In this document: piece by piece, positions 15,801 to 26,218 of the stretch
Numbering within the stretch: the stretch's first letter is position 1
Layout of the letters: each line of letters starts with the position of its first letter
Virus record (IMG/VR): IMGVR_UViG_3300021255_002891
Span: 1-64,000 of that record
Strand: one strand, 5' to 3'
DNA length: 64,000 bases
DNA from: a virus
Taxonomy: Duplodnaviria > Caudoviricetes
Program-made: the position numbers and the translations under genes
Notes under the pieces: model-generated
Told to the model about the DNA's origin: nothing
Seen by the model: the letters and a program-made list of their open reading frames with translations, nothing else
Databases searched by the model: none

Positions 15801-16376
15801 TTAGTCCTTACTTTCTGCGGCTTTCTTTAGTTTTTCCATCAAATCACCATCTTGAGTGATTGAATCTTTCCAATTGCTAAATGCATCCCTAATTTTTCCT
15901 AGAGTCCTAGCATTGGTTTCAGTTAGCTGCATTGCCTCTGTCCATATATAGCATCCATCACCACTAGGGTCGTTATACCTGAACTGGAACTTCAAGTTTA
16001 AAGTATTAATCTTACCATTTAAAGTCATATCATCAGACTTTGGATAATACTTTAAGGCATCACTCTCCAACGTAATATTCTCACCTACTGTCTTCCTTAA
16101 TGCTTCTTCTTGGGATGTCCTGACATCACCGAACTGTGGAGTGTCTTTCCTTACCACAAATGATTCCTTGTGGGTTTCGTCAACTGTCTCCTCCTCTGTC
16201 AAGATTTTTTTTTTATTATTCTCAACAGCCTCTTGCATTAAAATCTTAGACCTTGTAATGAAATTATCATTTTCCTTTGATTCCATCACAAATTCTTGTG
16301 CTGCCTTTTTTGCTTGATTAACCCTACCTTCTCTAAGTTTTTCAAGCATTTGTTTGGTTACGCTCATTTCTGTCAT
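15801..16376 (-). CDS. hypothetical protein, possibly virion-associated
   Basis: Tracked 15801..16400; the likelier start is MTEMSV at 16376, which avoids the overlap. Contains LMQE and ILTEEE sites. Confidence 0.7.
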   Translation of the reverse strand: MTEMSVTKQMLEKLREGRVNQAKKAAQEFVMESKENDNFITRSKILMQEAVENNKKKILTEEETVDETHKESFVVRKDTPQFGDVRTSQEEALRKTVGENITLESDALKYYPKSDDMTLNGKINTLNLKFQFRYNDPSGDGCYIWTEAMQLTETNARTLGKIRDAFSNWKDSITQDGDLMEKLKKAAESKD

Positions 16377-16377
16377 A

Positions 16378-16758
16378 TTAGTAGTCCATTTCTTGTCCAT
16401 TCCACAAGTAACCGAACAAATGGTTTATTCTTTCGTTCACTTTATGGTTATTTATTTTCTTTATGTCTTCTATTTTTTCTTTGGCCTTTTTAACCATTTC
16501 TTCTTTAGGTGTGTTGACAAATTCGTCTAAATCATTGTTCTTCTCAACTAGTATTTCACTAGCAACATGCTTTAGAACTTGCTCCTTTAGCTTTTCATCC
16601 TCTTCAGGCATTTCTGCCTCTTCCACATCAATCAGCTCGTTGTTGGTGTCAACCTCTTCCATAACTGTTTCAACTGCTTCAACAACTGGTTTTTCAGCCT
16701 TTTTCCTAGGTGTTGTTTTTTTAGTTACTGACTTCTTCGTTGTTTCTTTTTTTGCCAT
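16378..16758 (-). CDS. K/E-rich, largely disordered hypothetical protein
   Basis: MAKKETTKKSVTKKTTPRKK then an acidic middle; TATTTATT motif 19 nt upstream. Confidence 0.7.
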   Translation of the reverse strand: MAKKETTKKSVTKKTTPRKKAEKPVVEAVETVMEEVDTNNELIDVEEAEMPEEDEKLKEQVLKHVASEILVEKNNDLDEFVNTPKEEMVKKAKEKIEDIKKINNHKVNERINHLFGYLWNGQEMDY

Positions 16759-16788
16759 ATTAAACTGTTTTATTTCTAATAAATATCA

Positions 16789-17508
16789 TTAAATAAATAA
16801 ATCTTCAAAATCATCGCATAACATTATTCTTGAGCGTAACTTCCTTATCGCATTAGACTTAATTTGTCTGACTCTTTCACTTGTCAAATTATACTTTTTG
16901 CCGATGTCAATTAGATTTAATTCTTTTTTATTGTTTATCCCATAATAATATTCAATAATATCCCTTTCCCTTTCGTTAAGGCTTTTCATGATTTTTCCAA
17001 CAACCGCTTTTTGATTAAGAGTAATCTCCTTTACCTTTTCATCGTATTCGTTGGAATATAATGAATTATATGAACTAGATTCATCTTCCTCATCTACAAG
17101 CTTGTTATTAATTGTAGAGTCGTTGTTTTCATTAGGCTCAATATCAACAAAATTGATTGCCTTATTCTTTTTTATGGCATCACTCATGGCTTGCCTAATC
17201 CACCATACGGCATAGGATATAAACTTTACATCCTTGGAGTCATCGAACTTATCTATCGCTTTTAAAAGCCCCATATTCCCTTCTGAAATAAGTTCAGATA
17301 TGGATAGGCCGCGACCAGTGTAATGTTTGGCAACATCAAACACAAACTTCAAATTAGCTTCCAAAAGTTCATTTTTTGCCTTTGTGCTGCCTCTCTTGCT
17401 CTGTTTAAGCAGCCTTTTTTCTTTCGCCTTAGTTAAAGGTTTGTATTTTTTCAAATCGTCATAGTATACTCTGACTGTATTAGTGAAATCATTTGCATAT
17501 TGATTCAT
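16789..17508 (-). CDS. phage sigma70-family RNA polymerase sigma factor
   Basis: Region 1.2 (VRVYYDDLKKYKPLT..KE), region 2 (LLEANLKFV..VAKHY.GRGL...ELISEGNMGLLKAIDKFD...KFISYAVWWIRQA), region 4 HTH (LNERERDII...IGKKYNLTSERVRQI). Confidence 0.95.
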   Translation of the reverse strand: MNQYANDFTNTVRVYYDDLKKYKPLTKAKEKRLLKQSKRGSTKAKNELLEANLKFVFDVAKHYTGRGLSISELISEGNMGLLKAIDKFDDSKDVKFISYAVWWIRQAMSDAIKKNKAINFVDIEPNENNDSTINNKLVDEEDESSSYNSLYSNEYDEKVKEITLNQKAVVGKIMKSLNERERDIIEYYYGINNKKELNLIDIGKKYNLTSERVRQIKSNAIRKLRSRIMLCDDFEDLFI

Positions 17509-17529
17509 ATTAATTGGTTAAACATTTAA

Positions 17530-19902
17530 TCATTTCAAAGCAATCTTCGAAATGTTATTTTCCTTCGTCACTGTTATATGATAATCACAAAAATCCTTAA
17601 AATCATCTAAATGCGTTATGTTTATGATGAAATCATAACTAGATAGTATTTTTTCTATAAGATGTTTGATGTTATCATAATTTTCCTTGGCAACGCGCCC
17701 TAAAATCTCATCGAACACCAAAAAATTATTTTTGGGGATTGTGGACATGTCAGCTAAAACAGCTCTTAGAGCCAATGCGGATGCAGTAAGCTCAAATCCA
17801 CTTCCACTTGCTAAGTCAGAATAAACTCCATCCTTAATCAAATAGAACATGACATCATTTTTCATATTTATACCAACTTCGACATCAAAATCGCATACAT
17901 CACCAAGAAGCTGTGACAGTCTAGCATTTATTATAGGTAAAGTCTTTCTTAAAACCATTTTTGAAATTCCGTTCTTGCCAACAAGGTCAAGGTAGATTTT
18001 CCAGTTCTTTACCAAGACTTCCTCTTCTTTAATCTTGTTTATGATTTTGATTCTGTTGTCTATTTGTTCCCTATGTGACTTAATGTTTGCTTCATTCGTT
18101 GCAATGTGAGTAGAATTAACCTCTCTGTTTTTTCTCTTGGCATTAATGTAGACATCAGTATTTCTAATCTGTAAGTCTATTTGGTTGTTCTTATCTATTG
18201 CCTCACTGTTCTTTTCGTATTCCTTTTTCAATGAGTTATTTTCCTTGTACTCAGTCCTAAGACGTTCAACATTGACTTCAAGCGCAGACTTCTTAACCAC
18301 TAATTGATTCTTCTTATCGTAAAGCTGTCTGTCCTTTTTAATTTCCTCTAACTTTTTTGAAAGAGTCTCTGTTTCAAGTCTTTTCTTTTTGCCATCCTCT
18401 TCTATTTTACTTAACTCTTCCTCAAGTGTTTTAATCATACTTGAATTGTCAACATTGTCAAGCTTTCTATGGCAAGTAGGACATATTTCGCTAGATTTCA
18501 AATGAGTAATGCTATGTTTTACGTTTTTGTATTTTTCGCCTATGACAGCAAACTCCTTGTTAGCCTCAGATACGGCTTCTTGCAGTTTATCATACTTTTC
18601 AACAGAAAAGTTAATATCACCTATATCCTCTATTTCTTTTGTGATGTTTTTAAGTTCTTCGGCTTTTTTCTTACCTTCTACAATATTTCTTTCAATTGTG
18701 TTTTTAAGTGTTGTAATGTCAATTTTCAACAAAGATTCATCAATTGCTCTTTTGGATGATAAAAGTGTACTCTTATTAGACTCTAGGTTAGATATTTCCT
18801 TATCTAAGTCAGAATTTTCCTTGATGTATTTTTTGTTATCACTGACCAATGTCTTTATGTTTACTTCAAACGCACTGATTTCTTGTCTAAGAGTTTCTTC
18901 ATTATATTGGTTTGAAACCAAACTTGGCTTTATGGTTGAATTGAACGTTTCCCTAGCAATGGCATCTTTCTCTTCTATTGGCAATAAACCAATCCATCTT
19001 GAAAGCAGCCTACCCCTTTCAGTTTCCTTTTTATTAACCAAATCATCCAAAGAAGACTCTGTTATGGACATTATCAAGTCAAAGTCACTTTCCCTACCGA
19101 TTGCTTCTTTAATTGCCTTGTTGGTCTGAATACTGTTTTCCTCTTGCTGGTTGTCTATATAATCCTCAAGTTCTTCTTTTCCGTCACCAACAACCTTGTA
19201 ATATTCAACTTTTTGTGTTGTCTTACTCTTGTCGGTTCTCTTGTCTAGAGGCGGTCTAGAAAGTGTTCTCTTGATTATGTAATCAACACCATCAATCGTG
19301 ATACATCCTTCTACAACAACATTTGTTGACTGTGGAATATGTTTGTTAAATATTTTGTCTTGAGTTGGAACTTTCGTTGTCTTTCCGAAAAGCAAAAAAT
19401 GCAACAAATCAATTGCAAAAGTTGTCTTGCCACTCTGATTTGCAGGTTCTCCGTTCAACAGAACAAGATTTTTGATATTTGTAAAATCGAAATAGTTACT
19501 GGCTCCATAGCTGAGAAAATTATCCCATCGTATCCACTTGATAGAATATCTCCTATATTTATCGTAAACTTGGTAATCAATTTGCGCATTTATTTCGGAA
19601 TCTATTTTTTTTATTAGTTCAAAATCATAGTCAGTTATGTTGTTCAGTTTCAAATAGTCTTGGAACAATTTCAACTGAAACTGTGGTTCTTGTATATTTT
19701 GTATTATTTCATTGGTGATAGAAACGTCATCACCACCATCTGACTTCATTATAAACTCAGGTATAACCTTAATCCTATCCTTTGGCAGTCCATACTTTTT
19801 ACTAACCTTTGCTATAATTGAGTTTAACTTCTCTTTTGAGTAGTCGTATGGTGATACATTCCAATGAATGTTTACTTTTGATTTACTTCCAACTTCAATC
19901 AT
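17530..19902 (-). CDS. Rad50/SbcC (T4 gp46-like) ABC ATPase with ~115-aa N-terminal extension
   Basis: Walker A GEPANQSGKTT, coiled coils with zinc hook CPTC, signature LASGSGFE, Walker B/D-loop LVFDEILG, H-loop NITH. Confidence 0.93.
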   Translation of the reverse strand: MIEVGSKSKVNIHWNVSPYDYSKEKLNSIIAKVSKKYGLPKDRIKVIPEFIMKSDGGDDVSITNEIIQNIQEPQFQLKLFQDYLKLNNITDYDFELIKKIDSEINAQIDYQVYDKYRRYSIKWIRWDNFLSYGASNYFDFTNIKNLVLLNGEPANQSGKTTFAIDLLHFLLFGKTTKVPTQDKIFNKHIPQSTNVVVEGCITIDGVDYIIKRTLSRPPLDKRTDKSKTTQKVEYYKVVGDGKEELEDYIDNQQEENSIQTNKAIKEAIGRESDFDLIMSITESSLDDLVNKKETERGRLLSRWIGLLPIEEKDAIARETFNSTIKPSLVSNQYNEETLRQEISAFEVNIKTLVSDNKKYIKENSDLDKEISNLESNKSTLLSSKRAIDESLLKIDITTLKNTIERNIVEGKKKAEELKNITKEIEDIGDINFSVEKYDKLQEAVSEANKEFAVIGEKYKNVKHSITHLKSSEICPTCHRKLDNVDNSSMIKTLEEELSKIEEDGKKKRLETETLSKKLEEIKKDRQLYDKKNQLVVKKSALEVNVERLRTEYKENNSLKKEYEKNSEAIDKNNQIDLQIRNTDVYINAKRKNREVNSTHIATNEANIKSHREQIDNRIKIINKIKEEEVLVKNWKIYLDLVGKNGISKMVLRKTLPIINARLSQLLGDVCDFDVEVGINMKNDVMFYLIKDGVYSDLASGSGFELTASALALRAVLADMSTIPKNNFLVFDEILGRVAKENYDNIKHLIEKILSSYDFIINITHLDDFKDFCDYHITVTKENNISKIALK

Positions 19903-19904
19903 AT

Positions 19905-20264
19905 TTATTTTTTCTTGATTATTTGTATTTTCCTAACAGTTATTGGTTTTGCTGTAGTTGTTTCTTCTCTTGATACACTTTTTTCTTCTGGCTCTTCAGC
20001 TATTCTTTCTTCTCCTTTTTTCTGTTCTCCTTCATTTTTTGTAGGAGTGTCTTTTTTCTTTGAATTCGTACCATTTTTTTTAATGTCTTTAATACCGTTA
20101 TTTTCCCTTTCGATGTTGTCCTTTGGGGAAACACCAAACTTTACTATGTTAAAACCTTGCGTAGCACACCTGTTTGCAAACGCATTAATGTCTTCAATTT
20201 CATTAAGTTCACAATAAGACCTAATTGCTTTTTCTAGTGTAGGATTGATGTATAATCTAGCCAT
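19905..20264 (-). CDS. hypothetical protein
   Basis: 119-aa ORF, first gene after a host-type promoter. Confidence 0.7.
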   Translation of the reverse strand: MARLYINPTLEKAIRSYCELNEIEDINAFANRCATQGFNIVKFGVSPKDNIERENNGIKDIKKNGTNSKKKDTPTKNEGEQKKGEERIAEEPEEKSVSREETTTAKPITVRKIQIIKKK

Positions 20265-20278
20265 TTAACATATTTTTG

Positions 20279-20310
20279 CAAAAATATAAAAAAAATATTA
20301 AAAAAACAAA
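20279..20310 (-). promoter_or_regulatory. Bacteroidota sigma-A promoter for the gp46/sigma operon
   Basis: Minus strand TTTG (20307-20310), 20 nt, TATTTTTG (20279-20286). Confidence 0.8.
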
Positions 20311-20366
20311 TCTTTTGTTTATTAATATTATTTAATATATTATTTTTTAATAAAAAATTATATATA

Positions 20367-21140
20367 ATGAATAAAAATAACAATAATATTATACTAGGCT
20401 TAGATGTGTCTACTCAGTGTATAGGAATCTGTATACTCATAGATGATGGGTCTGAGTATGGAAAAATTGTGGAACTTACTCACATAAACCCTAAAGTTCC
20501 AGCCAAAATAAAGGGCATTGAACAACTGTTCCTAAAGAAAAAAATATTTGAAGAGTTCCTAGTTAAATACAAAGACTTCGGAATAGACGATGTGATTATA
20601 GAAGAGCCTCTTCTAAGGTCTAACAATGTTTTAACTGTATCAACGCTTCTAAGGTTTAACGGTATGGTTTCAGACTGCGTGTATAATATTTTAGGCATTG
20701 TTCCACAGTACATTTCGTCATATAACGCAAGAGAGTATTCATTCCCTGAACTGATGTCCATAAGGAAATACGGAAAAGATGAAAAACAATATGAATTTTC
20801 CAAAATATATAAAGAAATCAAAGACTGTAAACTAGTTTTGTTTGGAGGATACCCTTGGACTATTGACAAGAAAACTGTAATCCAAGGAAAAGTGGCTGAA
20901 ATATTCCCAGACATTGAATGGTTATATGACAAAAAGGGCGAACTTAAAAAGGAGAACTTTGACGCTTGTGATGCTTATGTAGCTGTCCTAGGATGGCTTA
21001 ACAACAAACGAAACGGCGAGCTTGAGTTTAAGAGCGAAATAGTTGGTGAGACAAACGATAGGAATGGCAATATAGAAATCATATATAACGTTAAATATTG
21101 GAATAAGATAGTTGAAAGAAAAACTTTTGTAAATAAATGA
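20367..21140 (+). CDS. RuvC-like Holliday junction resolvase
   Basis: ILGLDVST (Asp), VIIEEP (Glu), FDACDAYVA (Asp pair). Confidence 0.85.
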   Translation: MNKNNNNIILGLDVSTQCIGICILIDDGSEYGKIVELTHINPKVPAKIKGIEQLFLKKKIFEEFLVKYKDFGIDDVIIEEPLLRSNNVLTVSTLLRFNGMVSDCVYNILGIVPQYISSYNAREYSFPELMSIRKYGKDEKQYEFSKIYKEIKDCKLVLFGGYPWTIDKKTVIQGKVAEIFPDIEWLYDKKGELKKENFDACDAYVAVLGWLNNKRNGELEFKSEIVGETNDRNGNIEIIYNVKYWNKIVERKTFVNK

Positions 21141-22297
21141 AAACATATATAAGTTTATTTAGTAGTGCTGGAGTTGGTTGCTATGGTTTTAAACTTAATG
21201 GCTTTGAATGCATAGCAACCAATGAACTTTTAGAATCTAGAATGAATGTTCAAAAAGCCAACAATAAATGTAAGTATCAATCTGGCTACATTCTTGGAGA
21301 CATAACAACTGAAGAAATACATAAAAAATTATTAGATGAAATCAATATGTGGAAAGAAAAAGAAAACTTAACACAAGTTGATGTAGTATTTGCGACACCT
21401 CCTTGTCAAGGAATGTCTACAGCTAATTATAAAAAAACTGATGATGAGCAAATACGAAACTCTTTGGTAGTACAAGCAATTAAGCTTATCTCACAAATCA
21501 AACCAAAGATTTTTATTTTTGAGAATGTCCGTGCTTTTATGAAAACCATATGTACGGATACTGATGGAACTGATAAACCTATAAGTGATAGCATCTTTAG
21601 CAATCTTGGAGAAAAATATAATATTTATTATAAAGTTATTAATTTCAAAGATTATGGAGTGCCATCAAGTAGACCAAGGACAATTGTAATTGGAACAAGC
21701 AAAGAACTGAAAAATGTAACGCCAGAAATGTTGTTCCCTTCAAAACAAAAAGAAATAACGCTTAAAGAAGCAATTGGCGATTTACCGCATTTGGAATATT
21801 GTCAAAAAGATGCACAAGATTTTCTACATTTTGCAAGACCTTTTCCAAAGGAGCAATTAGATTGGATAAAACATCTTAAAGAAGGTCAAAGCGCTTTTGA
21901 CCAACCCATTGAACATCAACCTGGCCATTATGATAAAGATGGAAAGAAAGTTGTCAACAAGGGTGCATACATGGGCAATAAGTATCGCAGACTTGTGTGG
22001 GATAAAGTATGTTCTTGTATTCATACAAGAAATGATGTGCTATCTAGCCAAGACACAATACACCCTACGGACAATAGGGTATTAAGCATTAGAGAACTCA
22101 TGAGAGTTATGACAATTCCACTATCTTTTCAGTGGACTGACCACGATGCAAGCGTTACAGCAGAAAATTCTGATAAATATTTGAAAGAAAATGAATTAAA
22201 CATTAGAAAATGTATCGGAGAAGCAGTACCAACACAAATAATAATAGATATTTCAAATAAAATCAATAAAGTTTTATTAGACTCAATAAACAAATAA
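21137..22297 (+). CDS. DNA (cytosine-5)-methyltransferase
   Basis: Motif I SLFSSAGVG, catalytic TPPCQG, FENV, SRPRT, LSIRELMR, IGEAVP. Confidence 0.93.
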   Translation: MKTYISLFSSAGVGCYGFKLNGFECIATNELLESRMNVQKANNKCKYQSGYILGDITTEEIHKKLLDEINMWKEKENLTQVDVVFATPPCQGMSTANYKKTDDEQIRNSLVVQAIKLISQIKPKIFIFENVRAFMKTICTDTDGTDKPISDSIFSNLGEKYNIYYKVINFKDYGVPSSRPRTIVIGTSKELKNVTPEMLFPSKQKEITLKEAIGDLPHLEYCQKDAQDFLHFARPFPKEQLDWIKHLKEGQSAFDQPIEHQPGHYDKDGKKVVNKGAYMGNKYRRLVWDKVCSCIHTRNDVLSSQDTIHPTDNRVLSIRELMRVMTIPLSFQWTDHDASVTAENSDKYLKENELNIRKCIGEAVPTQIIIDISNKINKVLLDSINK

Positions 22298-22367
22298 AGT
22301 AATCATTGTTAAAAAAAAATGGCATATATACTGAGCATTCATCATCTATTGTTTTATTGATAAAATC

Positions 22368-22403
22368 AAAAAAGGATGAACTTCAATTAGTTCATCCTTT
22401 TTT
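22368..22403. terminator. bidirectional terminator
   Basis: AAAAAAGGATGAACT-TCAATT-AGTTCATCCTTTTTT between convergent genes. Confidence 0.85.
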
Positions 22404-22486
22404 ATGTGTAAATACACAGCCAAAGTATTGAGACTTGTATATGTATTGGTCTATATATTCAACCCTAACGTCTTAAATGACTTTTT

Positions 22487-24001
22487 TCATAACAATCTCA
22501 TTTTTAAAGAATCCTTTACAATATTTCTGCGTCTTTCTCTGATTTTATCTATAACTTTACTTTTTGTTTTTGTATTTTCGTTACTAACATTAGGCTTAAT
22601 GTTATTGTTTGGCGTAGTAGAATTAATTCTACGAGAATGTGCGCCATTCCATAAGAAAAACTCAGATTTACATATTGTTTTACTCATATATGTTACTTTA
22701 ACATCTTGATTTTTCCATAAAACATAATTAAATGACAACTGGTCTCTATGTGACCCATTCTTTAGTTCTTCAAACCAATCCTCCATTAACTTAATGCAAT
22801 CAGCCTCATTGTGTTTTCTTAAAAGAATATTGCTTTGTAACAAACCATATTTCTTAGGAAACCCTTCATTTTTATATTTTTCGATTTGTGGGTTTACATT
22901 TTCAGCATTATCCTTTTTCATTCTTATAACAATAGTGGCCTCATCGTATATGCAATCTCTACTTGGATGCTTGGGAACATATATCGAACAATCTGACTTA
23001 ATATTTTGGTCAATAAACTTGTTTAAATCTCCTTTAATAGAAACACAGCCATCAACCCATATTGATAAATCATATTCACTAAGAACTTTGTGAGGGTTTA
23101 TTTTAACATATCTTTGTTTTTTTACTTGAGATAAACCTTCAACTTCTTTTGGTAATGGTTTAATAATCCACACATTACTTTTAAAATTAGTATTGTCTGT
23201 AAAACAAATATAATCAAATCCATCACTTATATAAGTAGGTTCTCTTAAAAAGTCGTAATCTCCAGTTATGCAAGTATAAATTACTTTTTTGTTTTTCTCA
23301 TTTGACCATAATTTTTTATTCAAAGAAAGCCATTCTTTATCAGTAACTTTCATTTTTTCACCAATTTTATTCCATGAACCGTGTCCATAATGCACTACAT
23401 AATCATTAAAATTTATTTCTTCGTGTTTGTATTTTAAAGATTGAATGTAAAATGCGCCACCAGTATCATATCTATCTGCAACTCCATTTTTCCATAACCC
23501 ATGCATATAGTTGTCATCAAAATAGTGTACTCCTTTTTCCTTACACATTTTCACATTGATGTAACATATGAATGGTAATACTCTCTTTATGGAAGATTTT
23601 GGTTGAGTTATGACATTACCAATATACATAAGGTCATCCCTGTATAAATTGGATATATCTCTCTTTAATAATACATCAGAATCCAATAAAACAAAATTTT
23701 CTTTAATAAGTTCCATACATTTTTCTACACTGTAGCAATGCTTGGCACTTCCCCAAAGATTTGCTTTTCCAGGAGACTTCATCCTATTTGGATATTTCTC
23801 TAACCACTTATCAAAATCAATTATCTGGCCTTTTGTATTATCAAAAACAGTAACATTGTCAAAGTGCGCAATAAATGGATTCTTATCACTATTGTCAAAT
23901 ATATATATTACTGCATCTTTGACAAACAAATTAATACTCCTCACCAAGCACTCAGTAAGGTAAGGAGTATTGTAGTGTATTATTAGGATATTTTTTTTCA
24001 T
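22487..24001 (-). CDS. bifunctional glycosyltransferase: GT-A/GT2-like domain fused to DUF616 domain
   Basis: N-terminal IIHYNTP...IFDNSD...LLDSDV (DxD); C-terminal KVIYTCITGDYD, DYICFTD, SIWVDG, HPSRDCIYDE, RDQLSFNYVLWK. Confidence 0.85.
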   Translation of the reverse strand: MKKNILIIHYNTPYLTECLVRSINLFVKDAVIYIFDNSDKNPFIAHFDNVTVFDNTKGQIIDFDKWLEKYPNRMKSPGKANLWGSAKHCYSVEKCMELIKENFVLLDSDVLLKRDISNLYRDDLMYIGNVITQPKSSIKRVLPFICYINVKMCKEKGVHYFDDNYMHGLWKNGVADRYDTGGAFYIQSLKYKHEEINFNDYVVHYGHGSWNKIGEKMKVTDKEWLSLNKKLWSNEKNKKVIYTCITGDYDFLREPTYISDGFDYICFTDNTNFKSNVWIIKPLPKEVEGLSQVKKQRYVKINPHKVLSEYDLSIWVDGCVSIKGDLNKFIDQNIKSDCSIYVPKHPSRDCIYDEATIVIRMKKDNAENVNPQIEKYKNEGFPKKYGLLQSNILLRKHNEADCIKLMEDWFEELKNGSHRDQLSFNYVLWKNQDVKVTYMSKTICKSEFFLWNGAHSRRINSTTPNNNIKPNVSNENTKTKSKVIDKIRERRRNIVKDSLKMRLL

Positions 24002-24013
24002 AATATTAACCTT

Positions 24014-24139
24014 TTATTGAAACGCCATTTGTATCTTTTTTATAATCCAAAGAGGGATAACACAAATCCAAGATAAACTAATCATTACTTTTTCCCACAT
24101 AGGGTGTTTCCATTTGCTTACAATAAACTTATAAGTCAT
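24014..24139 (-). CDS. 41-aa membrane microprotein
   Basis: Manual translation MTYKFIVSKWKHPMWEKVMISLSWICVIPLWIIKKIQMAFQ. Confidence 0.55.
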   Translation of the reverse strand: MTYKFIVSKWKHPMWEKVMISLSWICVIPLWIIKKIQMAFQ

Positions 24140-24209
24140 AAATGAAATAATTAAATATAATAAAATAATAATACCGATTAACATGTTCATTTAATTTTTA
24201 TTTTTGTTA

Positions 24210-25487
24210 TTAACTATTTGCCCAATTACTATTATCGTCTGGGTCTATACCTTGTCTTAAAAGATGCTTTTTAGTAACAATTTTATATTGTTTAGGGTCT
24301 AAATCATAATCAATCAAATCTACAATAAAATAATCCTTTTTAAATTGTCTTAACTCTTCTGGGTCATATCCCTCATAATCCCATCCGTTAACTATCTTAT
24401 TGGTTGACTTATTTACTGCAAAATGAGAATAATTTTGATTATTCCTAAAACTTTCAGTCATAATTTTTCTAACTGCATTTTTTACTATTGCATGTAAATC
24501 AGACTCAGTAAGTCTAACTAATTTTTTATTGTTTCTATTTACAGATTCACCGTATATATCATAATATTTTTGTCTATCTACATGGGTAATTGGATAATTT
24601 TCATTATCTCCATCTAACGGATTAAAATTTTTATCATATTTTTTATTAGCAAGCTTTAGGAATACATTAGGATTAATAGGTATTGAATTACTTCCACTTC
24701 CTATATGGTCTGTGAGCCTATCATTAATGGCAAACTTCTTAACTCCGTCAATTGTGCAACTAACCCATAGTATTCTTTCATACATTAGTTTTAAAACACT
24801 AAAGTTCAAGTTTTTAAGGTCTTGAATATATTTTTTGATTTCGTTTTCTTGTACACCAAGTTCTCTTAATGCCTTAACGCCATCTGGGTCACTCTTTGAT
24901 ACAAGACTAGCAACGGCATTTTTATTAAGCCCGCCATAAAGTTTACCATCTTTAACCATAAAATATGAAGTGTCATACTTGTCCGTTGTAGCACCATTTT
25001 GGTGGGTATATAATCTTCCCATAGTATTATCAGTTGCGCCTACAGAAACATTTCCACTTCCAAAATTTTGTTTTTTGTCATATTTCTCATCACGAGTACC
25101 TAGTTCAGCTCCATAAGGTTTCAATAAATTGTTTACACTATCTTTGTATTTTCCATAAGCCTTTCCATAGTTGTCTTCGGTCTGCCAATGAAAAGTAATG
25201 ACTGAACGCTTTATGATACCAACTGGTAACTTATTTTTCCTATCAGCACCACCTTGATGAAATTTTTTCAACACATCATAGCCTCTAGTACTCTTTCTTT
25301 GGTACTGTTCAATATCGTTACCAAATTTATCAATATCAATGTTCTTTCCAGTCAAAGTTTTGCCTATATTTGCTGAACTTATGTAACACAAAGTTAAATA
25401 AGTGCCACCTTTTGCAGTAGACAAAGCATCAATTATACTGTTAAAACTTACCCTTTGTCTTCTCTCTTTTCCACCTTCTCCTATCAT
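24210..25487 (-). CDS. two-domain protein with internal RLTESDLH linker
   Basis: 425-aa ORF; KKLVRLTESDLHAIVKNAVRKIMTES precedes a discrete ~80-aa C-terminal domain. Confidence 0.75.
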   Translation of the reverse strand: MIGEGGKERRQRVSFNSIIDALSTAKGGTYLTLCYISSANIGKTLTGKNIDIDKFGNDIEQYQRKSTRGYDVLKKFHQGGADRKNKLPVGIIKRSVITFHWQTEDNYGKAYGKYKDSVNNLLKPYGAELGTRDEKYDKKQNFGSGNVSVGATDNTMGRLYTHQNGATTDKYDTSYFMVKDGKLYGGLNKNAVASLVSKSDPDGVKALRELGVQENEIKKYIQDLKNLNFSVLKLMYERILWVSCTIDGVKKFAINDRLTDHIGSGSNSIPINPNVFLKLANKKYDKNFNPLDGDNENYPITHVDRQKYYDIYGESVNRNNKKLVRLTESDLHAIVKNAVRKIMTESFRNNQNYSHFAVNKSTNKIVNGWDYEGYDPEELRQFKKDYFIVDLIDYDLDPKQYKIVTKKHLLRQGIDPDDNSNWANS

Positions 25488-25491
25488 AGTA

Positions 25492-25764
25492 TTAATAGTT
25501 TTTTAGCCAATAAGCATTCTGAAGATTTTCATCAAACTCATCGTTATTTGTACGATATAGTTCTGCTGCCGTTGTTGCGCTAGCTGAATCTATATTGTCT
25601 TGACTGTTGTACTCTTTGTCACCGAACACACTGCTCACTTGAGTAATGTCATAGTAAGCACCGATGGCATAATGACCATTTGCACCGAAAACAACAGAGT
25701 CTTCATCCAAATGCATTGCCATTGCATTCAATATATCACTGTCTTTATATGCTTTAGTATCCAT
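25492..25764 (-). CDS. acidic hypothetical protein
   Basis: 90-aa ORF between two leader-bearing genes. Confidence 0.7.
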   Translation of the reverse strand: MDTKAYKDSDILNAMAMHLDEDSVVFGANGHYAIGAYYDITQVSSVFGDKEYNSQDNIDSASATTAAELYRTNNDEFDENLQNAYWLKNY

Positions 25765-25785
25765 AGTTTTTTTAGATTTATTTTT

Positions 25786-26145
25786 TTATGTACCTACTTT
25801 CCTAATTTTTCCGTCTCTATTATAGTAGAATATTTCACCATTATCCAAAATGATATTAGGCCATCTTTTTGTATAGCCATTATAATTAGCTTGCATTGCC
25901 CTCACCCACATTCCACCATCTAAAACTTTTTTTTCTAATGGTGATAAACGGTCTTGGTTATCATATAGGTCTTGCATTTCTTTTTCAGAATAGATGTGCT
26001 TTTGTGGCTTTTTATCTACAAGTTCATTCGGCTTTTTACTTTTCTTGCCAAAAAGCCATCCTTCATTAGCCAATATTCTATGTACGGATTCCTTCACAAT
26101 ACTATGCAAATCACTTTCCGTAAGTCTTATAATCTTTTTTGACAT
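25786..26145 (-). CDS. probable internal head protein with RLTESDLH leader
   Basis: MSKKIIRLTESDLHSIVKESVHRILANE; TATTTATA 19 nt upstream. Confidence 0.7.
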   Translation of the reverse strand: MSKKIIRLTESDLHSIVKESVHRILANEGWLFGKKSKKPNELVDKKPQKHIYSEKEMQDLYDNQDRLSPLEKKVLDGGMWVRAMQANYNGYTKRWPNIILDNGEIFYYNRDGKIRKVGT

Positions 26146-26182
26146 AATAAAAAAAGTAATTTATTATAAATATCTTTTAACA

Positions 26183-26214
26183 TTTGTTTTTCTCATTTTT
26201 TTAACATATCTTTG
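26183..26214 (+). promoter_or_regulatory. Bacteroidota sigma-A promoter for primase
   Basis: TTTG (26183-26186), 20 nt, TATCTTTG (26207-26214), ATG at 26219. Confidence 0.85.
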
Positions 26215-26218
26215 CAAT

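Noticed and set aside
22473-22490. ATGA-coupled ORF after the glycosyltransferase
   Set aside because: It encodes only MKKVI before a stop, and shifted frames give nothing convincing.
25994-26218. N-terminal extension of the primase ORF
   Set aside because: It is antisense to 25786..26145 and spans the promoter; the ATG at 26219 follows a perfect Bacteroidota promoter.
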